Source of the DNA: Myxococcota bacterium
GTDB lineage: Bacteria; Myxococcota_C; UBA6777
NCBI GenBank assembly: GCA_023150835.1
Contig: JAKLKB010000015.1
Coordinates: forward strand, 1 to 64,000
Reading direction: 5' to 3'
DNA: 64,000 bases
Part shown: one piece after another, positions 1 to 8,319 of the stretch
How the letters are laid out: each line of letters opens with the position of its first letter
Numbering within the stretch: position 1 is the stretch's first letter
Position numbers and translations under genes: made by a program
Notes under the pieces: model-generated
Seen by the model: the letters and a program-made list of their open reading frames with translations, nothing else
Databases searched by the model: none
What the model was told of the DNA's origin: nothing

Positions 1-165
1 CCTACAAAACAGACCTCCGCAAAGGCCGAATCCTCCGCATCTACAAAACAGACCTCCGCAAAGGCCGAATCCTCCGCATCTACAAAACAGACCTCCGCAA
101 AGGCCGAACCCTCCGCATCTACAAAACAGACCTCCGCAAAGGCCGAACCCTCCGCATCTACAAAA
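1..165 (+). repeat. 39-bp coding tandem repeat (STKQTSAKAE[S/P]SA), about 4 copies; degenerate copies continue to ~360
   Basis: ctacaaaacagacctccgcaaaggccgaa(t/c)cctccgcat repeated in tandem. Confidence 0.9.
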
Positions 166-3100
166 AAAGCCACGACAAAAGCCCCATCTGCCGACCCCTC
201 CGCGCCTACAAAACAGACCTCCACAAAAGCCCCATCTGCCGACCCCTCTGAGCCTACAAAACAGACCTCCACAAAAGCCCTCTCTTCCAAAGCTACAAAA
301 AAGACCACTGCAAAAGCCGACCCCTCCGAGCCTACAAAAAAGGCCACTGCAAAAGCCTCTTCGACACAAACAACCGAAAAGCAAACGCCCAAGGCATCGG
401 CAAATCCTTCGCAGACATCGACCGTACCGCCCCCTCTCCTCTCCACAACCGCCACCGTAGCTGAACTCAAGCCCACCTCCTCGCCCCTCCCCTCGCTCAA
501 AGAGCGCGAAGAGGCCATTCAAGCCAACCGTAAAGCACGACGGCAACCTTTCGGCCCGCGCCCTCAAGACGTCTTACAAGAATTCGCCCAAGAGATGATC
601 CAAGATCAACAAGATCCTGTCGAAGGTCTCTCCCGCCTATTGACCGCGCCACCCAACCGCCGCACCAAGCAAGCGCGCCCAAGCGCCCCTCCCCACGCCG
701 AGACTCAACACACCGCCCAAGAAACACACCCCTCTCCCCGTTCCTCCGCGCAAACACACTCGACCACAGCGGAAACTCCCCGACCATATGTCGGATCTTC
801 GGCCTCTTTGGATGCTCCTTCGACTCCTGCTCTGCGTGACGAAAAGCCCTCTCCCCCACGTTACGCGCAAACACGCAGCGACCGTGCGGACGAACCTTCT
901 TCCGCCCCATCCCTCCTTCCACACGAGCGCACAGCACGCACTCTTGGCGACGAGACTCCCCGCTACAACGAAGCCCCCCGCTACAACGAAGCCCCCCGCT
1001 ACAACGAAGCCCCCCGCTACAACGAAGCCCCCCGCTACAACGAGGCCCCCCGCTACAACGAGGCCCCCCGCTACAACGAACCCCCCCGCTACAACGAAGC
1101 CCCCCGCTACAACGACAGCGCTCGCCATCATGCGCCTACTCGCACAACAGGCCGCGCTCCAATGGTCAAAGCGCGGGTCTTTCATCCTGATGCAGAAGCG
1201 GGTGGTGGCTACATCATCCGCGAATTTCCCGCAGACCAGATCCCTCCGGGAGCCATCCCCGTTGAACCGATCCCATCGACAGATCGGCGCGAATCACGCG
1301 GGCGCAACGATGAAAACCGCGAACCACAACGCAACCGCCGATGGGAGGGGGATCCTCTCTATGGCCCCCCTGTCCCGGGCGGCATCCTTGACGCAGGACG
1401 GCGCCTTCGTGAACGCAATCCCTTAGAACCATCGCCCAAGATCACAGAGAAGACCGCAACCGCATCTTCAACGCCCCCCACAGAGAAGACCGCGCCTGCC
1501 TCTTCAACGACTCCCACAGAAAAGACCGCAGCAGCTTCTTTTACACCACCCACAGAAAAGACCGCAGCAGCTTCTTTTACACCACCCACAGAAAAGACCG
1601 CCACAGCGTCTTCTTCGCTTTCCGCCATAACAGAAAAGACCGCCACAGCGTCTTCTTCGCTTTCCGCCATAACAGAAAAGACCGCCACAGCGTCTTCTTC
1701 AACGACTCCCACAGAAAAGACCGCAGCAGCTTCTTTTACACCACCCACAGAAAAGACCGCACCTGCCTTTTCTTCGCTCCCCGCCACCACAGAAAAGACC
1801 GTCACGACAGCGGCTTCGATATCACTTGCGGAAAAGGCCGCCAATGCGGCTTCGCCATCTCTTGCAGAAAAGACGGTGGCATCCGCGCCTCTAACAGCTC
1901 CGAAAGCCCAAGTCGGCACATCTTTTATGCACGGCTTACCGAGTGGCTCAAGCGCACGACTCGCCAAAGTCCTCGAAAGATCAGGGCTTGACAACCCATT
2001 TCCCGCTGCTTCGAGCGATCCCTCGACCACAACGACCGCCAAACAAGACAACACCAACTTTGCGCTGGCTGCGGGATTTACGGCGCGTCATGTGGTGCCG
2101 TCCAACGACGCACAAAACCGCAAAACGGGCCGCATGGTGATCGACGGTAGACTGATCGACGCACCGGGAGAACAACCGTCCCATCAAGCCCCCCAATGGA
2201 CCGACCTGCGCGCCCTTCAAACCAATCATCCCGATCTACGGCTGTTTGAGATCGCGCTTCAAACCCAAAAAGGCCACACGCTTGAAGCGCATTGTTTGCT
2301 CTGGCCCGAAGGCGCGTTTGATCTGATCGGGCGTGTCAACGACACCGATCCGCGTCCGCGTGTGTGGGAAGAAGAAGGCATCCAAGGTCTTGGCGTCGAT
2401 CAGCGCATCCGCGAACTCCAACGCTGGAGCCTGCGCGAGTGGTGGGATCTGCTACAGAAAAAATCCATCCAGCCGCTCGCAGCTTGCGCAAACAGCCGCG
2501 TGATCCGCGAAAGCAACCATGTCAGCTTTGTGTACGAACCCGACTACGATATCTATCGGCTGTATCAGTGCGCAGGAAAGCCCCTTCAAGGCGAGTATCC
2601 CTTGCTTTTGTGCGCGGAAGGCGAACTGCATTTTGCGCGAGTCAGCCTCGACAACCTCAAAGAACACGACCGCATCACTTCGGAGCAGATGCGCCGCATC
2701 CTTGGCGACAAGATGCCCCCAAAGCACCTACACACCGCCTTTTCAGCGATCCCGATCCTCCACCAATCCAACCTTCTCCCCACCGATCATCCTGCTGTCC
2801 TTGATCTGATGCGCGATCAACTGGCGCATCTCTTCCTCTTCCCTCAACTCGAACTGCCCAACCCGCTTGGAGGCGGCACCATCCAGCTTCAACTCGGGCT
2901 GTGGGAGATGAGCCAAGACGACGCAAAATCCCGAGATATCCGCGTCGCTGCGGCCCAAAACAAAGCCATCCTCTTACAAGCCAGCGCAGGCTACGTCTCC
3001 GATCTAGCACGCCGCGAACTCTGGCGGATGAAAGAACAACCTGCCAAAACGTGGGCCGGCTACAACCCCCAAGAAGTCGCCGAAGCCATCCGCGTTGCCT

Positions 3101-3519
3101 TGCGAGAGAACCACTTCAATATGCAAGGCTTCCTCCCCAAAAAGCCGGGCGATTACCGCTACGACGCAGAGCAAGGCGAGTTTCGTATCGTCTTGCGTCA
3201 ACGCACCACAACGCACAGCCTTTTGATGAAGGGACGCATCGGACAACGAAACTGGTTGGGTTGGATGATCCCTTACGCACGAACGCAAGAAGGTATGGAC
3301 TTTTTCAACGACTACGGCGCGCTCGCCACCGATCCGCGATGGGGTCAGATCCTCGAAGGTCTCTCATGGCAAGAAGCTTGGCTCACCGCCCCCGAAGGTG
3401 AAAGCCGCTGCTTGTGGGATGGACCCGATCATCGGCCCTACGCCCCTGTCATGCGTCACATGCCCGAATGGCATCGCGGTGTCCACCAAGCCCTTTTCCT
3501 CACCCAACGCCCCGCTTAG
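1..3519 (+). CDS. Large hypothetical protein, 5'-truncated: long low-complexity/repeat N-terminal region plus a ~460-aa globular C-terminal domain of unknown family
   Basis: Frame 1 is open from base 1 (PTKQTSAKAESSAS...) into the 595..3519 ORF, so the true start lies upstream of the window (>1170 aa). Contains K/T/A/S-rich 39-bp repeats, PRYNEA repeats and TEKTA repeats. Confidence 0.8.
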   Translation, partial: PTKQTSAKAESSASTKQTSAKAESSASTKQTSAKAEPSASTKQTSAKAEPSASTKKATTKAPSADPSAPTKQTSTKAPSADPSEPTKQTSTKALSSKATKKTTAKADPSEPTKKATAKASSTQTTEKQTPKASANPSQTSTVPPPLLSTTATVAELKPTSSPLPSLKEREEAIQANRKARRQPFGPRPQDVLQEFAQEMIQDQQDPVEGLSRLLTAPPNRRTKQARPSAPPHAETQHTAQETHPSPRSSAQTHSTTAETPRPYVGSSASLDAPSTPALRDEKPSPPRYAQTRSDRADEPSSAPSLLPHERTARTLGDETPRYNEAPRYNEAPRYNEAPRYNEAPRYNEAPRYNEAPRYNEPPRYNEAPRYNDSARHHAPTRTTGRAPMVKARVFHPDAEAGGGYIIREFPADQIPPGAIPVEPIPSTDRRESRGRNDENREPQRNRRWEGDPLYGPPVPGGILDAGRRLRERNPLEPSPKITEKTATASSTPPTEKTAPASSTTPTEKTAAASFTPPTEKTAAASFTPPTEKTATASSSLSAITEKTATASSSLSAITEKTATASSSTTPTEKTAAASFTPPTEKTAPAFSSLPATTEKTVTTAASISLAEKAANAASPSLAEKTVASAPLTAPKAQVGTSFMHGLPSGSSARLAKVLERSGLDNPFPAASSDPSTTTTAKQDNTNFALAAGFTARHVVPSNDAQNRKTGRMVIDGRLIDAPGEQPSHQAPQWTDLRALQTNHPDLRLFEIALQTQKGHTLEAHCLLWPEGAFDLIGRVNDTDPRPRVWEEEGIQGLGVDQRIRELQRWSLREWWDLLQKKSIQPLAACANSRVIRESNHVSFVYEPDYDIYRLYQCAGKPLQGEYPLLLCAEGELHFARVSLDNLKEHDRITSEQMRRILGDKMPPKHLHTAFSAIPILHQSNLLPTDHPAVLDLMRDQLAHLFLFPQLELPNPLGGGTIQLQLGLWEMSQDDAKSRDIRVAAAQNKAILLQASAGYVSDLARRELWRMKEQPAKTWAGYNPQEVAEAIRVALRENHFNMQGFLPKKPGDYRYDAEQGEFRIVLRQRTTTHSLLMKGRIGQRNWLGWMIPYARTQEGMDFFNDYGALATDPRWGQILEGLSWQEAWLTAPEGESRCLWDGPDHRPYAPVMRHMPEWHRGVHQALFLTQRPA
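958..1119 (+). repeat. 18-bp coding tandem repeat, 9 units of PRYN(E/D)x
   Basis: ccccgctacaacgaagcc repeated; translates as PRYNEA x6, PRYNEP, PRYNEA, PRYNDS. Confidence 0.95.
1444..1880 (+). repeat. Degenerate 39/42-bp coding repeats built on TEKTA
   Basis: acagaaaagaccgc recurs about every 39-42 bp. Confidence 0.85.
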
Positions 3520-3601
3520 TCCCGCCGTCGTTTTTTCCCCGTACAAGCTAGGCGTTAGTCATATCTTTTCCTCACCCAACGCCCCGCTTAGTCCCGCCGT
3601 C
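3493..3601 (+). repeat. Two identical 37-bp direct repeats separated by 35 bp; the first spans the stop codon of the upstream ORF
   Basis: cttttcctcacccaacgccccgcttagtcccgccgtc at 3493 and 3565. Confidence 0.9.
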
Positions 3602-3740
3602 TTCTTTTTCTGTCTTTCTTTCCGTGTCGTCCGTGGACTCTTCTTGCCCTCCCCCTTAATTTTTCTGTCTTTCTTTTTGTGTTTTACGAAGCGTGAGACT
3701 CCCTCTGGTCGTCGTCTGTGGACTCTTCTTTTGTAGCGAT

Positions 3741-6221
3741 TTAATGGGTCGGTCGGTGGGTTTGGAGCAGTTGGCGTCCTTCGTTCATACGGCTGCGGAC
3801 GATCTGAAGATGTTCAAGGCAAACGCGGATCTGGCGATAGCGATGGCGGATGCGATCGACTTCATAACCGATCTCACGGCGTTCGAGTCGTTCGAGATAA
3901 GACTGTCGGATCGCAAAGCTGGTCGAATCGATCAGGTCGGTCAGTCCGTTGTGTAGTTCTTGAAGTTGTTGCAAAAAGCACAAGGGAAGGTATGTTGCGA
4001 GTTTGCGTGCATGGTAATCCATTTTCTGACGCAACAGCCAGCGGGTCGCATTTCGCGCATCACCCGGACCCATGTGCAGATCGTGTTGGAATTGTTCTTC
4101 GAGTTCTTCGCGAACATTCACCAAAGCATCGAGGTGATCGCGTCGGTGGTAGACATCGCTGTATTCGTAGAAAAAGACGCGGTTGAGGTTGCGTGCGATC
4201 AGGCGCAGATCGTGTCCAAGCTGCATCAGCATATCTTGGAAGGACTTTGCCACCTTACGACCTTCGGGCGAATCGCCAAAGGATCGTTCTAAAAGCCCCA
4301 TCAGACCGAGATCATTGAAGAGGAAATCTCGATATCGTTGTAAGATCTGATCGATGATGCTGGCACAGAACTGTTCGACTTCTTCATCAAGGCGCGTGAC
4401 TTCTTGTTTGAGCAAGAAGCGAAATGCCTCCCAAGGACCGGGGGTGGTCAGCGGCCCTTGCGCGAGGATCTGCGAAGTCATCAGTTCTTGAAGCAAGGCA
4501 TCGGGATCTTGTTGTTCGAGGCGATGAGAGGAGGCTTGATAGAAGCCCTCAAAAAGATTGCCTAGATCACGGGGCAACACTTCGTCGCGCAGCGTGGATT
4601 GTAAGAAGCGTTGGATCTCGGTGCGAGCGCGAGCGCGGATGCTTTTGAGTTGGCGATCGATATCGCTGCGGCACTCTTCGATAAAGCGCCCTTCGTCGTC
4701 GTCGAGTTGATCGAGGGGGGGCAAAGACAACGAAGTGGCTTGTTGGACGCGATTGACTTGCGTCTCCAACATCCGCATGGCATCGGCAAGATGGAGGTAT
4801 TCTTTATAGAAGGCCAAGTAATAACGCAGCGAGTCCCGCAAGGTCGGGACGTTTCCGTCGATGGTGGTTTGGATGGTCACATCAAAAAGGTTGTGGCCGC
4901 TTGGCAGTTCACAAGCGCGCAGCTCGTGTTCGATGGGGGCGCGGCGGCGGATCTCGCGATCGCGGGTCTCGTTGTCGTTTTGTCCGCTGGACTCGTACTG
5001 ACTTCCTGCACGACCATCCACGATAAAGACTTTTTTGCCTTCAACGTGATAGCGCTCGACCACACGCTTGAGCGTTTGCGCAACCGTCAACATCTCTTCG
5101 GCGGTTTCTTGTTCGAGTTTGCCCCATCGGCTCACCACCAAAAACACCCGCTTGGCGAAGCTTTCGCCCCACACGCGCCGATAGATCTGGAAGAGTCGAT
5201 CCTCACCTGCACGAAAAGGCGACAACGCATCCATCACGTGGACAACCGCGTCACACTCGCGTTTTCCGGTATCTTCATCGCCTCGAAGTGCCGCAACGGT
5301 GATCTCTTCATCCCGAGGATCGGGTGATCCAAGACCGGGCAGATCGATCAGTTCGCTGCCTTCGGCGAGCATCGGATGATTGATCTCAAGCTGAACTTCT
5401 CGCACCAGCGGAGAGACCGAATTATCGGCCTTTGTTGTGTAATACAACAAATTCTTGCGTGTGAGCGGTTCGATCGCAGGGCGCGAAGACAGCAAGTTTT
5501 TGTGGTTCACATACGACAGCACAAGGTCATAAAAGCTGTCGAGTCCGCGTGTTTTGGTGTTCCATTCAGCGTCTTCGAGTTGTTTTTGGAGGTACTTGAT
5601 ATCTTCGAGCAGCCCCGTCAGCTCTTCCCGTCCGTGGGGGGTTTCCTTGACGTGATGTTCGTACAGCTCGGCAAAGTCTGCATGATAACGATCGAAGAGT
5701 TCTTCGAATTGGGCGGGCGTAAAAAAGTGGATCACCATCTGTTCTTGGCCGGGTTTGCAAGCGATGATCCGCGTGACGGTCGAAGTGGTCGGTGCAGCGC
5801 CATCTTTGAGGATATGTTGGCCCAACAGCGCGTTGATCAACATACTTTTTCCGGCGTTGAATCCTCCCGCAAACCCCACCACAAACGACGGCTTTTGCAA
5901 GAAAGTTTCTGCTTGGCGCAAGCCTTCTTCGACACGCGCAGGATCCAGCCCGGGCAAAGCCAGATCGGTGGGAAGCTCCTTCAAAAGCCCGCGTACATCG
6001 TTGCTTAGCAAGCGCAAGATCTGGCGCAGTTGGGCCATCGCTTCGCCCGACGACCCTTCCCCCTCTCCATCCTCCCAATGTTTTCGTCCGTCCAGCGCCA
6101 TCGCTTCGCCCTCCTCGTCCTCTTCGTTGGCGTAACGCCCCATCTCTTCGGCAAAAGACGTGGGTGTTTTTTGGTTGTGTTGATCTTTTTTGCGTGACTT
6201 GATACGCGTTTGCGTTGACAT
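3741..6221 (-). CDS. Bacterial dynamin-like GTPase
   Basis: G1 GGFNAGKS followed by INALLG, G2 PTTS, G3 LIDLPGLGS, long helical C-terminal trunk; 826 aa. Confidence 0.8.
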   Translation of the reverse strand: MSTQTRIKSRKKDQHNQKTPTSFAEEMGRYANEEDEEGEAMALDGRKHWEDGEGEGSSGEAMAQLRQILRLLSNDVRGLLKELPTDLALPGLDPARVEEGLRQAETFLQKPSFVVGFAGGFNAGKSMLINALLGQHILKDGAAPTTSTVTRIIACKPGQEQMVIHFFTPAQFEELFDRYHADFAELYEHHVKETPHGREELTGLLEDIKYLQKQLEDAEWNTKTRGLDSFYDLVLSYVNHKNLLSSRPAIEPLTRKNLLYYTTKADNSVSPLVREVQLEINHPMLAEGSELIDLPGLGSPDPRDEEITVAALRGDEDTGKRECDAVVHVMDALSPFRAGEDRLFQIYRRVWGESFAKRVFLVVSRWGKLEQETAEEMLTVAQTLKRVVERYHVEGKKVFIVDGRAGSQYESSGQNDNETRDREIRRRAPIEHELRACELPSGHNLFDVTIQTTIDGNVPTLRDSLRYYLAFYKEYLHLADAMRMLETQVNRVQQATSLSLPPLDQLDDDEGRFIEECRSDIDRQLKSIRARARTEIQRFLQSTLRDEVLPRDLGNLFEGFYQASSHRLEQQDPDALLQELMTSQILAQGPLTTPGPWEAFRFLLKQEVTRLDEEVEQFCASIIDQILQRYRDFLFNDLGLMGLLERSFGDSPEGRKVAKSFQDMLMQLGHDLRLIARNLNRVFFYEYSDVYHRRDHLDALVNVREELEEQFQHDLHMGPGDARNATRWLLRQKMDYHARKLATYLPLCFLQQLQELHNGLTDLIDSTSFAIRQSYLERLERREIGYEVDRIRHRYRQIRVCLEHLQIVRSRMNEGRQLLQTHRPTH

Positions 6222-6406
6222 CCTTGCGTCTCCTTCAATATTGAAAAAACTACCACGCGCATTTCAGGGCCAAGCCTGAACGCTTTGCGTGTCACAACTT
6301 GACAAACCCATCAACCATCCACTACCCCTCCCACACAACGGATCTTCACGCGCATCATCCAAACCGTCGCGAGGCCAAAAAAGCCACCGACACACCGAGG
6401 ATATCG

Positions 6407-8110
6407 ATGAACCGCCCTTCTGACAAAACAGAGCGCCGAACCGTAGCATCCGCCACACACGCACAGCCCGAAGCGACAAACGACACCGCCACACACGCAC
6501 AGCCCGAAGCGACAAACGACACCGCCACACACGCACAGCCCGAAGCGACAAACGACACCGCCACACACGCGCAGACCGACGCGACAAACGACACCGCCAC
6601 GCCCACCTCTTTCGAACGCGCCCACACAGAGCATCTTTCGGCTACAACGCAGCAAGCGCAACATCCAGAGCCCATGACAACGGCAGGATCGAACGATCCG
6701 CAAAAGCTCGAACAGATCCATTCGATCCCAACATCGCGGATCGGTCGGTTCTTTAAAGCGGGATGGGTGGCACGCCACGCGATCCCACTCGCGCTGCGCC
6801 GCACTGTAGAACTCGGAACCCCGAAAGATCAAGCCTCGACAGAGACCCCAGAAACCGACAAAGAGCGCATCGCACGAGAAAAGCTGCTGAAGCAACAAGA
6901 GGCCATCGCCGAAGAACTCTTCCGAACCCTCGGGACCTTAAAGGGCGTCGCGCAAAAAGTCGGTCAGATGCTTTCTTATTTGGAAGGCGTCTTGCCCGCC
7001 GAACTCGCACCCGTGTACCAAAAGGCGCTGTCGCGCCTACAAGCCTCCGCGCCCGCCCTTCCACCCGATGCAAGCCAGTCCATGATCGAATCTGAGCTAG
7101 ACTGCTTGCTTGAAGATCACTTTGCTGCTTTCGAGCCGACACCTTTCGCTGCGGCTTCGGTCGGCCAAGTCCACCGCGCAACACTTCGCGACGGCACCTA
7201 TGTGATCGTCAAGGTCCAATACCCCGACGTCGACCGCGCTTTTGATAGCGATCTCAAAAACCTCAAGATCTTCGAGACGATGCTCTCCCCCCTCATCCGC
7301 TACTACAACGCCAAAGACCTCCTCGATCAAGCGCGTCAACAACTGCTCGACGAACTTGATTACCAACGCGAAGCCCGCGCACAGCAACGCTTTTGTGACC
7401 TTTTTGCAGGACACTCACACATCAAGATACCTCGTGTCTTCGCGCATCTTTCGACAAGACGCATCCTTGTCTCCGAATACATCGACGGAATGACCTTTAC
7501 AGAGATCCAAAAAGCCGATCCTTCGGTGCGCGATCGCGCTGCGATTACGCTGTTCCGCTACTATTGGGAGTCTTTGTTCCTCCACAACTACGTCAACGCC
7601 GATCCACATCCCGGCAACTACATCTTCCACGCTGACGGCAGTGTCACCTTCCTTGATTTTGGCGCTTCGGCTGAAGTCAATCCGCGCTTTATTCGCTCTT
7701 TTTTGCACAACATCTCCGCCCACATCCACAAAGACGAAGCGCGCTTCCGCGAAACCACCGCGCAAACCTACGGATTCCCCACACAAGATCCCATCGTCTT
7801 CGACGCTTATCTCGCAGCCATCCGCAAGTTTCTCGAACCACTTTCGCCCGAAAATCAACCCTTTCAATTCTCGACCCGCTGGATCGAAAGTTTTATGGAA
7901 GACGGCCTCTCGCAATCTCGACAGATCCTCACTCGCGGCGGAAAAGTACCTCGCCTCCCGCCGCCCGGTCACATCCCTCCCGATCTACCGATCATTCAGC
8001 GCATCGGCCTCGGCTTATCTTCGCTGATCGCACGACTCCAAGGCCGACATGACTGGGCCGCAGAAGCTCTTTCCATCTTCTCAAAGGCCCTTGAACACCA
8101 ACCCGATTAA
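6407..8110 (+). CDS. ABC1/UbiB (AarF) family atypical kinase with a repeat-containing N-terminal extension
   Basis: KVGQ (KxGQ), AAASVGQVH, VIVKVQYP, ELDY, DPHPGN and FLDFG motifs. Start placed at ATG 6407 after GAGG; the ORF is open from 6299. Confidence 0.9.
   Translation: MNRPSDKTERRTVASATHAQPEATNDTATHAQPEATNDTATHAQPEATNDTATHAQTDATNDTATPTSFERAHTEHLSATTQQAQHPEPMTTAGSNDPQKLEQIHSIPTSRIGRFFKAGWVARHAIPLALRRTVELGTPKDQASTETPETDKERIAREKLLKQQEAIAEELFRTLGTLKGVAQKVGQMLSYLEGVLPAELAPVYQKALSRLQASAPALPPDASQSMIESELDCLLEDHFAAFEPTPFAAASVGQVHRATLRDGTYVIVKVQYPDVDRAFDSDLKNLKIFETMLSPLIRYYNAKDLLDQARQQLLDELDYQREARAQQRFCDLFAGHSHIKIPRVFAHLSTRRILVSEYIDGMTFTEIQKADPSVRDRAAITLFRYYWESLFLHNYVNADPHPGNYIFHADGSVTFLDFGASAEVNPRFIRSFLHNISAHIHKDEARFRETTAQTYGFPTQDPIVFDAYLAAIRKFLEPLSPENQPFQFSTRWIESFMEDGLSQSRQILTRGGKVPRLPPPGHIPPDLPIIQRIGLGLSSLIARLQGRHDWAAEALSIFSKALEHQPD
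6451..6600 (+). repeat. 36-bp coding tandem repeat x4 (ATHAQPEATNDT)
   Basis: cgccacacacgcacagcccgaagcgacaaacgacac at 6451, 6487, 6523 and 6559 (last copy with a few substitutions). Confidence 0.95.
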
Positions 8111-8195
8111 GCGGTAGCCCGATACGAGTGGGCCGCAGAAGCTCTGTTCATCTTCTCAAAAGCCCCCGAACATCGGTCCGATGGACCGATAGCCC
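8046..8195 (+). repeat. Diverged 75-bp tandem duplication of the 3' end of the ABC1 gene
   Basis: tgggccgcagaagctct...atcttctcaaa..gccc..gaaca at 8054 and 8129. Confidence 0.8.
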
Positions 8196-8319
8196 ACCCT
8201 ACCATAAGCGCGCACACGCTTCGGCTTGACACGCCACAGAAAAAGTATAGTGTTTTGCTAGTCTTCTTCAGAACCGAGACAAAGGCACACCACAAAGAAA
8301 CAGACACAAGAGGAGAACG

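Noticed and set aside
8046-8195. Diversity-generating retroelement VR/TR pair at a gene 3' end
   Set aside because: The differences are not adenine-specific and there is no reverse transcriptase in the window.
8226-8251. Sigma70 promoter TTGACA...TATAGT before the beta-CASP gene
   Set aside because: The spacer is only 14 nt; possible but not supportable.
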